This document shows, piece after piece, positions 36,127 through 44,672 of a DNA stretch of 64,000 nucleotides; within the stretch, counting starts at the first letter, position 1, and the number at the start of each line of letters is the position of its first letter. The notes beneath the pieces are model-generated. The model saw only the letters and a program-made list of their open reading frames with translations, did no database searches and was not told the DNA's origin. The position numbers and the translations under genes are program-made. Origin of the DNA: Saprospiraceae bacterium. GTDB lineage: Bacteria; Bacteroidota; Bacteroidia; Chitinophagales; Saprospiraceae. The DNA is taken from the NCBI GenBank assembly GCA_031367705.1, contig JANLQI010000360.1, forward strand, positions 3,012 through 67,011, written 5' to 3'.

Positions 36127-36378
36127 TAATTATATGTTGTATAAATGCAACATTTTGACGCATTATTTTTACAAAAAAAATCATTTTATTTGCATTTGAT
36201 TATTTGCCATTTTTCTTTGTCAAACCTAATCTGTAACTTTCGCCAAAATTCTTTCAAAAAATGTAATGATATAGCCGACACGAATTACACAGATTACACG
36301 AATAAATACAAAGCATTTTTATCCTTCGTATAATCCGTGAAATTCGTGTCGCACTTTTACCAAAATTCGAGTTCAAAA

Positions 36379-38055
36379 ATGACAAATAAAGAAATCGCCC
36401 GCGCCTTCACAGATTTAGCGGCAATAATGGAGTTGCACAACGAAAACCCATACAAAATCAAATCCTACCAAAACGCTTATATCACCTTGCGGAAGCTCGA
36501 TACACCACTCGAAACAATGCCGCGTGCCGAAATGGATGCTGTCAAAGGCATCGGAAAAAGTACGGGCGACAAAATTGTGGAGTTGTTGACAACTGGAGAA
36601 ATAAGCGCATTTCGGCAATATGCTGACAAAACACCTGCGGGTGTTGTGGATATGCTGCACATCAAAGGTTTTGGGCCTAAAAAAATTCAAGCCGTTTGGA
36701 AGGAATTGGAGATTGAAAGCGTAGGCGAATTGCTGTATGCGTGTAATGAAAATCGATTGATAGAATTGCATGGTTTTGGTCAAAAAACACAAGAAGAGAT
36801 TCGGAAAAACACAGAATATTACCTCAAATCAAGGAACAAAGTCCATTGGGCAATTGCGGACGATATGACTGAGGGGGTGATTAAATATCTGAATTCAAAA
36901 TTTAAAGAGTTTAAAATTTCTAATGCTGTCATTGAAAGGGTAGGAGAGGTCAGGCGTTTGATGCCTGTTGTGGAAAAAATAGAGCTACTCGTTGCGGGCG
37001 TAGATAATATGGCACAGGTATTTGACAATCAAAAACTGGTATTGCTGAAAGAAAACGACCATTCCTATTTTGCCAAAACGGAGGACAATTTCCCTGTTAT
37101 AATATATACGTGTGCAAAAGATGAGTTGGGGTCTAAAATGTTTAAATATTCAGGCAGCCGTTCATTTTTGGACAGTTTTGTTAAAAATACTGAGGGGGTA
37201 GATTTTAGGCATTTACCTACGGAACAAGCGGTTTTCAACAAAGCTAATTTGCCGTTCATTCCTGCGGAGTTGCGTGAAAATGAAAATATCTTAGATGTAG
37301 CAAAAAACAATAAACTACCAGAACTCATCACTTTGGGCGACATCAAAGGCGTTATTCATACACATACAACGTGGTCGGATGGTTTACATTCGACAAAAGA
37401 AATGGCGGAAAAGGCGCAACAGCTTGGGTATCAATATATTGGCATCAGCGACCACTCGAAAGCGGCTTTTTATGCGAATGGTTTGAAAGAAGACCGTGTT
37501 TTGGCTCAATGGCAAGAGATTGACCAATTGAATGCGGGGTTTTTTAATTTTAAAATTTTAAAAAGTATTGAAAGCGATATTTTGAACGACGGTTCGCTTG
37601 ATTACAGCGACGATATACTGAGGGGGTTCGATTTTGTCATCGCGAGTGTCCATTCCAATTTGAAAATGGCGGAGGAAAAAGCGACGGCACGACTCATTAA
37701 AGCTATCGAAAATCCTTTTACAACAATACTTGGGCATCCAACAGGTCGCTTGTTGTTGAGTCGTGAGGGTTATCCGATTGACCATAAAAAAGTCATAGAC
37801 GCTTGTGCTGCCAATAAGGTGGCAATTGAATTGAACGCAAACCCTTATCGTTTGGACATGGATTGGTCGTGGATACCTTATGCACGAGAGCAAGGCGTGT
37901 TGATTTCAATCAATCCTGATGCGCATTCTACGACAGGTATTAGTGATATTCGTTACGGAATTATGGCAGCAAGAAAAGGAGGCTTGGATACTGAGGGGTG
38001 CCTCAACGCTCTAGATTTAGAAGGTTTTTATGATTTTATATGCCAAAAAAAGTAA
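36379..38055 (+). CDS. Family X DNA polymerase with C-terminal PHP domain (PolX)
   Basis: NKEIARAFTDLAAIMELHNENPYKIKSYQNA (HhH N-terminus), ...GFGPKKI..., and PHP motifs IHTHTTWSDG, ISDHS, SVHS and NPDAH. Confidence 0.9.
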   Translation: MTNKEIARAFTDLAAIMELHNENPYKIKSYQNAYITLRKLDTPLETMPRAEMDAVKGIGKSTGDKIVELLTTGEISAFRQYADKTPAGVVDMLHIKGFGPKKIQAVWKELEIESVGELLYACNENRLIELHGFGQKTQEEIRKNTEYYLKSRNKVHWAIADDMTEGVIKYLNSKFKEFKISNAVIERVGEVRRLMPVVEKIELLVAGVDNMAQVFDNQKLVLLKENDHSYFAKTEDNFPVIIYTCAKDELGSKMFKYSGSRSFLDSFVKNTEGVDFRHLPTEQAVFNKANLPFIPAELRENENILDVAKNNKLPELITLGDIKGVIHTHTTWSDGLHSTKEMAEKAQQLGYQYIGISDHSKAAFYANGLKEDRVLAQWQEIDQLNAGFFNFKILKSIESDILNDGSLDYSDDILRGFDFVIASVHSNLKMAEEKATARLIKAIENPFTTILGHPTGRLLLSREGYPIDHKKVIDACAANKVAIELNANPYRLDMDWSWIPYAREQGVLISINPDAHSTTGISDIRYGIMAARKGGLDTEGCLNALDLEGFYDFICQKK

Positions 38056-38310
38056 ACGGTGAAAAAAAGGACTTTTTATGTCTTTTTTTACCCAGAAAAG
38101 GCTATTTGTATTTGTTCACAAGTAATTAGTTTTTTGTTAAACCAGTTGCTTTAGAATCAATGATTTATGAACTGTTTTCTTGAAAAATGAGGAATTACGT
38201 AGTCACAAAATACGGATAATTTGAATGTAGTTCGGTTCGTTCTTAGTGTATCTTAGTGTCTGTAAGCTAACAAAATTTAATTTTTCATCTTTTTTAAACG
38301 AATTGTTATT

Positions 38311-38490
38311 ATGATTAAGAATCTGACAGCACCAAAACTATCGTTGAGCGCCATTGAAAAAACACTCGGCTCGGCTCAAAAATTATCAGTTACATCACAA
38401 TCAAACCTCAAAGGAGGTGGTGTAGGCGAAGACCTTCGTCGTCCACCAGTTATAGGGGCGACAGTTGCTATTGTTACTCAGTTGATTTAA
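38311..38490 (+). CDS. Small ORF (59 aa) with a Gly-Gly leader-like motif; candidate secreted or modified peptide
   Basis: Hand translation: MIKNLTAPKLSLSAIEKTLGSAQKLSVTSQSNLKGGGVGEDLRRPPVIGATVAIVTQLI*. It falls below the ORF-track cutoff and is followed by a hairpin terminator. Confidence 0.35.
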   Translation: MIKNLTAPKLSLSAIEKTLGSAQKLSVTSQSNLKGGGVGEDLRRPPVIGATVAIVTQLI

Positions 38491-38517
38491 GACTTTTTTT
38501 ATAGTTAAATCAAACCA

Positions 38518-38569
38518 AGAGGTTACTCTAAAATCAAGCTTATAGCGATTTTCGAGTAGCCTCTTTTTA
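38518..38569 (+). terminator. Hairpin terminator
   Basis: AGAGGTTACTC-N25-GAGTAGCCTCT followed by a T-run. Confidence 0.55.
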
Positions 38570-38654
38570 TTTATGGCGAAGATGAAAATAAGGAATAGTT
38601 TTTGGTAAGATAATTATTAGCATTTACCATTTTCACAAAAAACTTAAATATCAT

Positions 38655-40805
38655 ATGCTTTTGCGTAAATATATAACATGTTTAATAGTAGGTTTGCTAA
38701 TATCAACTGGACTTCAAACAGTTCAGGCTGCAATCTTGCCACCGAATCAAGCCCAAGATTCTATCAATAAATTACTTCGTTATGCAGACAGAAAAGGATC
38801 TGATGACTTAGGCGAAGCAACAAAAGCTATAAATGGTGCTATACAAATTGCACAAGAATCTAATTTACCAAAACAGTTATTTATTATTTATAGGAAACAA
38901 GGTTATATGCTTGAGCAAAATAGCCTTTTTCCAGATGCGACTGCTGCCTATCGAAATGCCTTAACTTTGCAGAATGTTGTCAATGACTCATCAAAAATTG
39001 ATATTTTTACGGATTGGGCTATCATCAATAAAAAATTAGGGAACTACAAAATTTCTAAAGAATACTACACTTACGCGCTCCTAATTGCTGAAAAACAGAA
39101 TGATCCTCAAATGATGTGCTATGCTTATAATGGTTTAGCGACATTGCACAGTGCTTTAAGCGATTTTGAAAAGGCGATTGAATATTATCATCAAGCCATT
39201 AAAATATTAGGAAATAGTGGTAAAAAAAGTGATTTGGTTGCGCCATATAGAAATATTGCAATAGTCTATTTGAAAGCTAATAATATGAGTTTAGCGTTGT
39301 CAAATGCTGAAAAATCATATCGTTTAGCTTTAGAGTTACAAGATTCTGCGAATATAGCAGGCTGTTTAGAAATCTTGGCTACCGTTTATGCTGCAAATGG
39401 GCAGACTGAATTGGCATTGACAAAAAACTTAGAAGCCTTACAAATTATTGAAAATAAAGGGAGTAAACATGATTTGTTAGAAAATTTAATACAAACTGCA
39501 AATATTTATGTGCAATTGAATCAATTGGACAAAGCGGATGCTTATTATAAACGCTGTTTTGAATATATAGATCTTTTAGACTATAAAACGCAGCCCGTTT
39601 TTTATAATAAACTGGGTAGTTTGTACCTGAAACAAGGAAAAACGGACGAAGCGCAAAAGGCTTTTGAACACAGTTTAGCGCTTTCTACTGAGGGGGGATT
39701 TAAGGACTTGATTCAGAAGAATAACTTGTCATTAGCTCAGATTTTCAGACAAAAAGGTAATTTTAAAAGTGCTTATCGTTGCCTTGAAACGGCAAGAGTA
39801 TATGCCGATAGTTTGTTCAATGAGGAGAAAGGGCGCAATATTACACAGGCGCAATTTATGTTTGATGTTGAGCGCAGCGAGCAAAAATTTAAAGATTTGC
39901 AGTTGAAACAAAGTCAATATTTACTTATTGCAGCAGTCTTGTTCTTTTCAGTTATAACCTTGTTTCTAATCTATTTCCTGAATCAAAGAATCAAGAATTA
40001 TAAAGTTTTAAAGATGAACAATTCTAAAATTGAGATGCAAAACCAACGCTTAGAGGAATCCAATGAAATTTTGCGCCAATTTGCTTATGCTTCTGCACAT
40101 GATTTAAAAGAGCCTTTGAGGAGTATCAGCAGTTTTACAAATATAATCAAGAAAAGATACGTGTCTTTGCTGCCACCTGAGGCTTCAGATTATATGAATT
40201 TTGTGACGACGGGTGTAAAACGTATGGAAAGCCTACTATCTGCTTTGTTAGAATATTCAACTTTGATAGCTGAAAACAATATCGTTTCGCTACCTATCTC
40301 CATTCATTCAGTTTTAGAAGATGTAACAAATAATTTACACTTGATTTCGACCGAAAAAGAGGCAACTATTAGTTACGCTCCTATGATGGGTTCTCTTAAA
40401 ATAAGCCGGCTGCATTTAACTCAATTGTTTCAAAACTTGATAGGCAATGCGTTGAAATTTACCAATAAACCACCTGTGATTTCGATTACTTGCCAAGCCA
40501 ATAAAGAGGAATTCTTAATCACTTTGAAGGACAATGGTATTGGTATGAATCCCGATTATGGCGACAAAGTATTTCGGCTTTTTCAGCGCTTGAACAAATC
40601 AAGTCAATATGAAGGCACGGGTATTGGTTTGACAATTTGTAAAAATATAGTGGAAAAATATAGCGGGAAAATATGGTTTGAATCGAAAGAGGGAGAAGGT
40701 ACCACTTTTTTTATCTCTTTTCCGCTTGAATTAGTTCAACCCGCAGTGTCTCATACTGAGGGGGAGGTTGTTGCCAAAAAAGATTTTATTACTGCAAGTA
40801 ACTAA
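38655..40805 (+). CDS. TPR-repeat sensor histidine kinase
   Basis: Signal/TM segment, TPR-like repeats and a second TM. HisKA motif FAYASAHDLKEPLRSI; HATPase motifs NLIGNALKF and GTGIGLTICKNIVEKYSGKIWFES. Confidence 0.9.
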   Translation: MLLRKYITCLIVGLLISTGLQTVQAAILPPNQAQDSINKLLRYADRKGSDDLGEATKAINGAIQIAQESNLPKQLFIIYRKQGYMLEQNSLFPDATAAYRNALTLQNVVNDSSKIDIFTDWAIINKKLGNYKISKEYYTYALLIAEKQNDPQMMCYAYNGLATLHSALSDFEKAIEYYHQAIKILGNSGKKSDLVAPYRNIAIVYLKANNMSLALSNAEKSYRLALELQDSANIAGCLEILATVYAANGQTELALTKNLEALQIIENKGSKHDLLENLIQTANIYVQLNQLDKADAYYKRCFEYIDLLDYKTQPVFYNKLGSLYLKQGKTDEAQKAFEHSLALSTEGGFKDLIQKNNLSLAQIFRQKGNFKSAYRCLETARVYADSLFNEEKGRNITQAQFMFDVERSEQKFKDLQLKQSQYLLIAAVLFFSVITLFLIYFLNQRIKNYKVLKMNNSKIEMQNQRLEESNEILRQFAYASAHDLKEPLRSISSFTNIIKKRYVSLLPPEASDYMNFVTTGVKRMESLLSALLEYSTLIAENNIVSLPISIHSVLEDVTNNLHLISTEKEATISYAPMMGSLKISRLHLTQLFQNLIGNALKFTNKPPVISITCQANKEEFLITLKDNGIGMNPDYGDKVFRLFQRLNKSSQYEGTGIGLTICKNIVEKYSGKIWFESKEGEGTTFFISFPLELVQPAVSHTEGEVVAKKDFITASN

Positions 40806-40904
40806 CTTGAAATTAGGTCAATTAGATGGAGAACATTACCTTTGATTGCTCAATCTTATGTAACAATTTTCAATCTGCGTCTTAATTCAAAAGTTATTTC
40901 AAAC

Positions 40905-41987
40905 ATGAAAAAACACTTTTTACTATTCGTTTCTATTATTGTTTTCTCTGGACACTCCTTGTTTTCTCAAACATATTCCAACGAATTTTTAGCCATAGGC
41001 GTAGGCGCACGTGCGCACGGTATGAGTGGCGCAGTGACCGCAACTACAAATGACCTTTATTCATCGTATTGGAATCCCGCAGGTTTGACGCAAATGGACG
41101 CACCCTTTCAGTTAGGTGTTATGCACGCTGAATGGTTTGGTGGCGTTGCCAAATACGATTTTTTGGGCTTCGCCAAACCCCTCAGTAGTAGCACTAAAAA
41201 ACGCGCTATTGGCTTGTCTGTCATTCGTTTAGGTATTGACCAAATTCCTTATACTTTGAATTTGGTGGGTGCAGATGGTAGCATCAACTATGACAATGTC
41301 TCGCAGTTTTCAGCCGCTGATTATGCCATTCAAATGACGTATGCGCAGGAATTGAATAAGAATTTTTCCATTGGTGGCAACATGAAAATTATTCGTCGGG
41401 TCATTGGCAGCATGGCTTCAGCTTGGGGTGTCGGTGCTGATTTAGGCATTCAATACCACAAAGGCAACTGGCGTTTGGCAGCCGTTGGGCGCGACATCAC
41501 AACGACCTATAATGCGTGGACAGCGACCTTAACCGAAGAAGAAAAACAAACTTTTGCACGCACTGGCAACACCATTCCGAAGTCTTCTGTTGAAATAACA
41601 AAGCCCACACTGTTCCTTGCAGTGGGTTACGTTGCCCCCCTCAGTAAAGACATCAATATGACCCTCGAAGCCGATGCGGGTTTTGCTACCGATGGACAAC
41701 GCAACGTCTTGGTCAGCAGTAAAGCCTTCAACCTTGACCCACGTTTTGGTTTGGAATTGGAATATCAAAAAAACGTGTGGTTACGGGCAGGTTTGGGCAA
41801 TTTTCAACGCTTGAAAAATGAGCAAGATCCAACTAAAAAGGAGTTGAATATGCAGCCTAACATTGGTGTTGGCTTGCGCCTTGGGCGTTTGGTGGTTGAC
41901 TATGCTTTGACAAATATTGGTAATGTGTCGGCGGTGCAATATTCTCATATATTTTCTTTGAAATTGGATTTTAAGAAGAAAGGATAG
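40905..41987 (+). CDS. PorV/PorQ-like outer-membrane beta-barrel protein (T9SS-associated family)
   Basis: NEFLAIGVGARAHGMSGAVTATTNDLYSSYWNPAGL parallels the PorV-family N-terminal motif. Signal peptide begins at MKKHFLLF. Confidence 0.6.
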   Translation: MKKHFLLFVSIIVFSGHSLFSQTYSNEFLAIGVGARAHGMSGAVTATTNDLYSSYWNPAGLTQMDAPFQLGVMHAEWFGGVAKYDFLGFAKPLSSSTKKRAIGLSVIRLGIDQIPYTLNLVGADGSINYDNVSQFSAADYAIQMTYAQELNKNFSIGGNMKIIRRVIGSMASAWGVGADLGIQYHKGNWRLAAVGRDITTTYNAWTATLTEEEKQTFARTGNTIPKSSVEITKPTLFLAVGYVAPLSKDINMTLEADAGFATDGQRNVLVSSKAFNLDPRFGLELEYQKNVWLRAGLGNFQRLKNEQDPTKKELNMQPNIGVGLRLGRLVVDYALTNIGNVSAVQYSHIFSLKLDFKKKG

Positions 41988-42012
41988 TTGTATTTGATGT
42001 TATTTTACGAAG

Positions 42013-42039
42013 GTCGGCGAGGTTTAAAATCTCGCCGAC
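42013..42039. terminator. Terminator, CGTCGGC-hairpin family
   Basis: GTCGGCGAGGTTTAAAATCTCGCCGAC. Confidence 0.75.
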
Positions 42040-42213
42040 ATTTGTGTATGTAGGAATGTTATAATGTTTATTTGATAAATAAAAATGTATTCAATTTTCT
42101 GAAAATAGTTTGTGATATTAAATAAGGTTTATACCTTTGCCCTATCATTAAAAGAACGTCAAAATAAACTTAATTTTTAACCAAAGAAAATTCGATAAAT
42201 ATAATGGATTAAA

Positions 42214-42277
42214 CCATTTCCATTTCCATTTCCATTTCCATTTCCATTTCCATTTCCATTTCCATTTCCATTTCCAT
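42214..42277. repeat. Hexanucleotide microsatellite, (CCATTT) about 10.7 copies
   Basis: Perfect CCATTT array. It is followed by GGAAATGAATGGTGAAT, which can pair with it. Confidence 0.95.
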
Positions 42278-42467
42278 CATTTTGGAAAACGGAAATGAAT
42301 GGTGAATATTTGACTATTGAATGTACATCAATATAGTCTTATGCCGACGAAGCGTACGGTCGTAGGTATGAGCGCACATTAAACAAAAAAGGGCTAAAGT
42401 TGTCGGAATTGCACCTCCGTTGACAACAATAGCCCGCGATTTTCATCATCTTTTAAACGATTTTAAA

Positions 42468-43712
42468 ATGAAAAAATTGTTTTTATTACTGCCAATAGTT
42501 GTACTGGCAGCGAGTATCTTTGTTGTGGGTTGTCAGAAAGATTTTAAGACAACCATGAACACTTCTTCAGAAGGAGTCAAACTAATTGAATCCTCAATTA
42601 AAAAACCAATTCAAACTTTTGGAGAACTTAATGTATCTGTTAAAGTGGAAAATGGGGTTTTAACTTTTAACTCTTTTAACGACTTTGAGAGAACAATAAA
42701 TTTTCTTAGAGATACGACTATGAATCGTGAGGCGAAGAAACAGGAAATTACGAAATGGCAGGAAAGTCTGCCTTTGTTTGTTTCTGTTTATCAAAACTAC
42801 GAAATGGCGCATAAAGAACTTATTGCCGATTCTCTTAATCCAAAAGCTATTGATGTTTTAAAAACGAAGTATGACAAGAAAGTGGTCTTTTTAGGCGATG
42901 ATATGATTGAGCCTTTAATTAACAATGGTAGTGTTTTTGGGCGTATTATTGGCGACAAAGGCTATTATCAAGTCGAAAAAGGGATCGTTCAATACTATTC
43001 GGATAAAGTCATTTCAATTCCTGATGGTAATTTCGATAAATTAGAGTTAGCCAAAAGAACATTGGAAACAGATACTATTAAAGGTATTTATGTTCATGAT
43101 TTGTTTTTGGGGCAACATAAATCTAATGCTCTGCAATTGAGAAGAACAGCACAACCAACTTGTTCTAATTCTTGTCCAGCATATTTCGAAACAGCACCTA
43201 CATTTGCCATGAATGGAGAAACATTTAGATTGACAGGTAAATTTGATATATTGGATAATGGTGGAACATATGTAGGGAATCCGAATAGAAATATCGACAT
43301 TTCGATTAATATAAACATTTACCAAAGTAGAAAAAGATGGTGGGGTGGATACTCTGCTTCATATAGTTGGGGTGGTTTTGACTGGGGTTTTGGTTGGGGT
43401 TTAGATTTAGATTTAGATTTAATTGCTCCAGATCATATTAATGGTTGGGCTCCTGCCAGAACTTGTTGTGACGAAGGTTTAGGAAGACCGGCAGGTGGAC
43501 AAGGGTGGCATCAAAATAGTGAACTAAATTATACAATTCCTATATGGCAAATGTCCACTTCTGATTTAACGAGTAGTTCACAAATTATTCCTTTTCTATA
43601 CGCAACTCAAAGATTTTGTGTAAGAAGAGAGGGGCTTCGTTCAGAGTCAAGTATCGTAAACTCTGTAAATGGTACTCGACCATTATTTATAGATCAATAT
43701 TGTCAACAATAA
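42468..43712 (+). CDS. Lipoprotein, hypothetical (Trp/Gly/Asp-rich patch)
   Basis: MKKLFLLLPIVVLAASIFVVGCQK is a lipobox. It contains WWGGYSASYSWGGFDWGFGWGLDLDLDL. Confidence 0.55.
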   Translation: MKKLFLLLPIVVLAASIFVVGCQKDFKTTMNTSSEGVKLIESSIKKPIQTFGELNVSVKVENGVLTFNSFNDFERTINFLRDTTMNREAKKQEITKWQESLPLFVSVYQNYEMAHKELIADSLNPKAIDVLKTKYDKKVVFLGDDMIEPLINNGSVFGRIIGDKGYYQVEKGIVQYYSDKVISIPDGNFDKLELAKRTLETDTIKGIYVHDLFLGQHKSNALQLRRTAQPTCSNSCPAYFETAPTFAMNGETFRLTGKFDILDNGGTYVGNPNRNIDISININIYQSRKRWWGGYSASYSWGGFDWGFGWGLDLDLDLIAPDHINGWAPARTCCDEGLGRPAGGQGWHQNSELNYTIPIWQMSTSDLTSSSQIIPFLYATQRFCVRREGLRSESSIVNSVNGTRPLFIDQYCQQ

Positions 43713-43769
43713 TTTTAAACAAAAGAACAGAGCTATATACATTATAGCTCTGTTCTAAATTCATAATTT

Positions 43770-44660
43770 GTGAAATATATAATTAGCTTTTTAATTTTTA
43801 TTAGTTTGGTTTCTTGTCAAAAAGAAATTAATCTATTGGATAGAAACGACCAAACCAAATTCGTTGTTTGGTGCAATTTACATCCAGACAGTATTGTTAC
43901 GGCTTATGTTAGTAAAACATCACCCCCCCTCAGTAAAAAAGTAGATAGAATTGTAACAGATGCCCTTGTTATTCTTTATGAGAATAATATACCTATTGAT
44001 ACTTTGTTGAATGATAGTTTAACAATCTATAAATCAAGAAAAGGGTTTAAACCTTCAGTTGCTAATATCTATATCTTAAAGATATTTAAGCAAGGATTCC
44101 CAACATTAGAAACATTGCCCGATACAATGCCACCTAAACCAATACTAATTAAATATATAGCAGAAGATTCAGTATCAAAAATTACAGATTTTACAAACTT
44201 AGCTCGGTTAAGGCTTTACACGGATAAGCCAAAATACTATGAGTCTTATGGGATATCACAAGGGCAATATCAATATTTTAACTATTTAGGTGTGTATGGA
44301 GATGCTTTTTTTAATTGGGAGACATTGCCAAGTGATTGTAAACAATATTTTAGTATTCCTAAACATAATTTTGTAAAAACAAATTGTGGCGACACAAACC
44401 CAAAAGAATATTATGAATACACTCGCATTATAAATACTAAACCTCAACAGTTACGAGGGAAAAGAATGTCTTTATCTATCTCTGCCATTACAAAACATGC
44501 TGCGGACATCAGTATTCAAATCCAAAGATTAAGTTCTATTACATTTAGTGAGAATGATACAGAATTGTTTTGGACACCTATTTACATTCCAGAAACAGTG
44601 AAAAATGGTTATGGTCATTTAATCTGTTACAATACCCTCAATTTCGATATTCAATTTTAA
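43770..44660 (+). CDS. DUF4249-like lipoprotein
   Basis: Lipobox LVSCQ, then KFVVWCNLHPDSIVTAYVSKT, which resembles the DUF4249 start. It lies next to a TonB-dependent receptor, as is usual for this family. GTG start. Confidence 0.5.
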   Translation: MKYIISFLIFISLVSCQKEINLLDRNDQTKFVVWCNLHPDSIVTAYVSKTSPPLSKKVDRIVTDALVILYENNIPIDTLLNDSLTIYKSRKGFKPSVANIYILKIFKQGFPTLETLPDTMPPKPILIKYIAEDSVSKITDFTNLARLRLYTDKPKYYESYGISQGQYQYFNYLGVYGDAFFNWETLPSDCKQYFSIPKHNFVKTNCGDTNPKEYYEYTRIINTKPQQLRGKRMSLSISAITKHAADISIQIQRLSSITFSENDTELFWTPIYIPETVKNGYGHLICYNTLNFDIQF

Positions 44661-44672
44661 TTGTATAATTCT

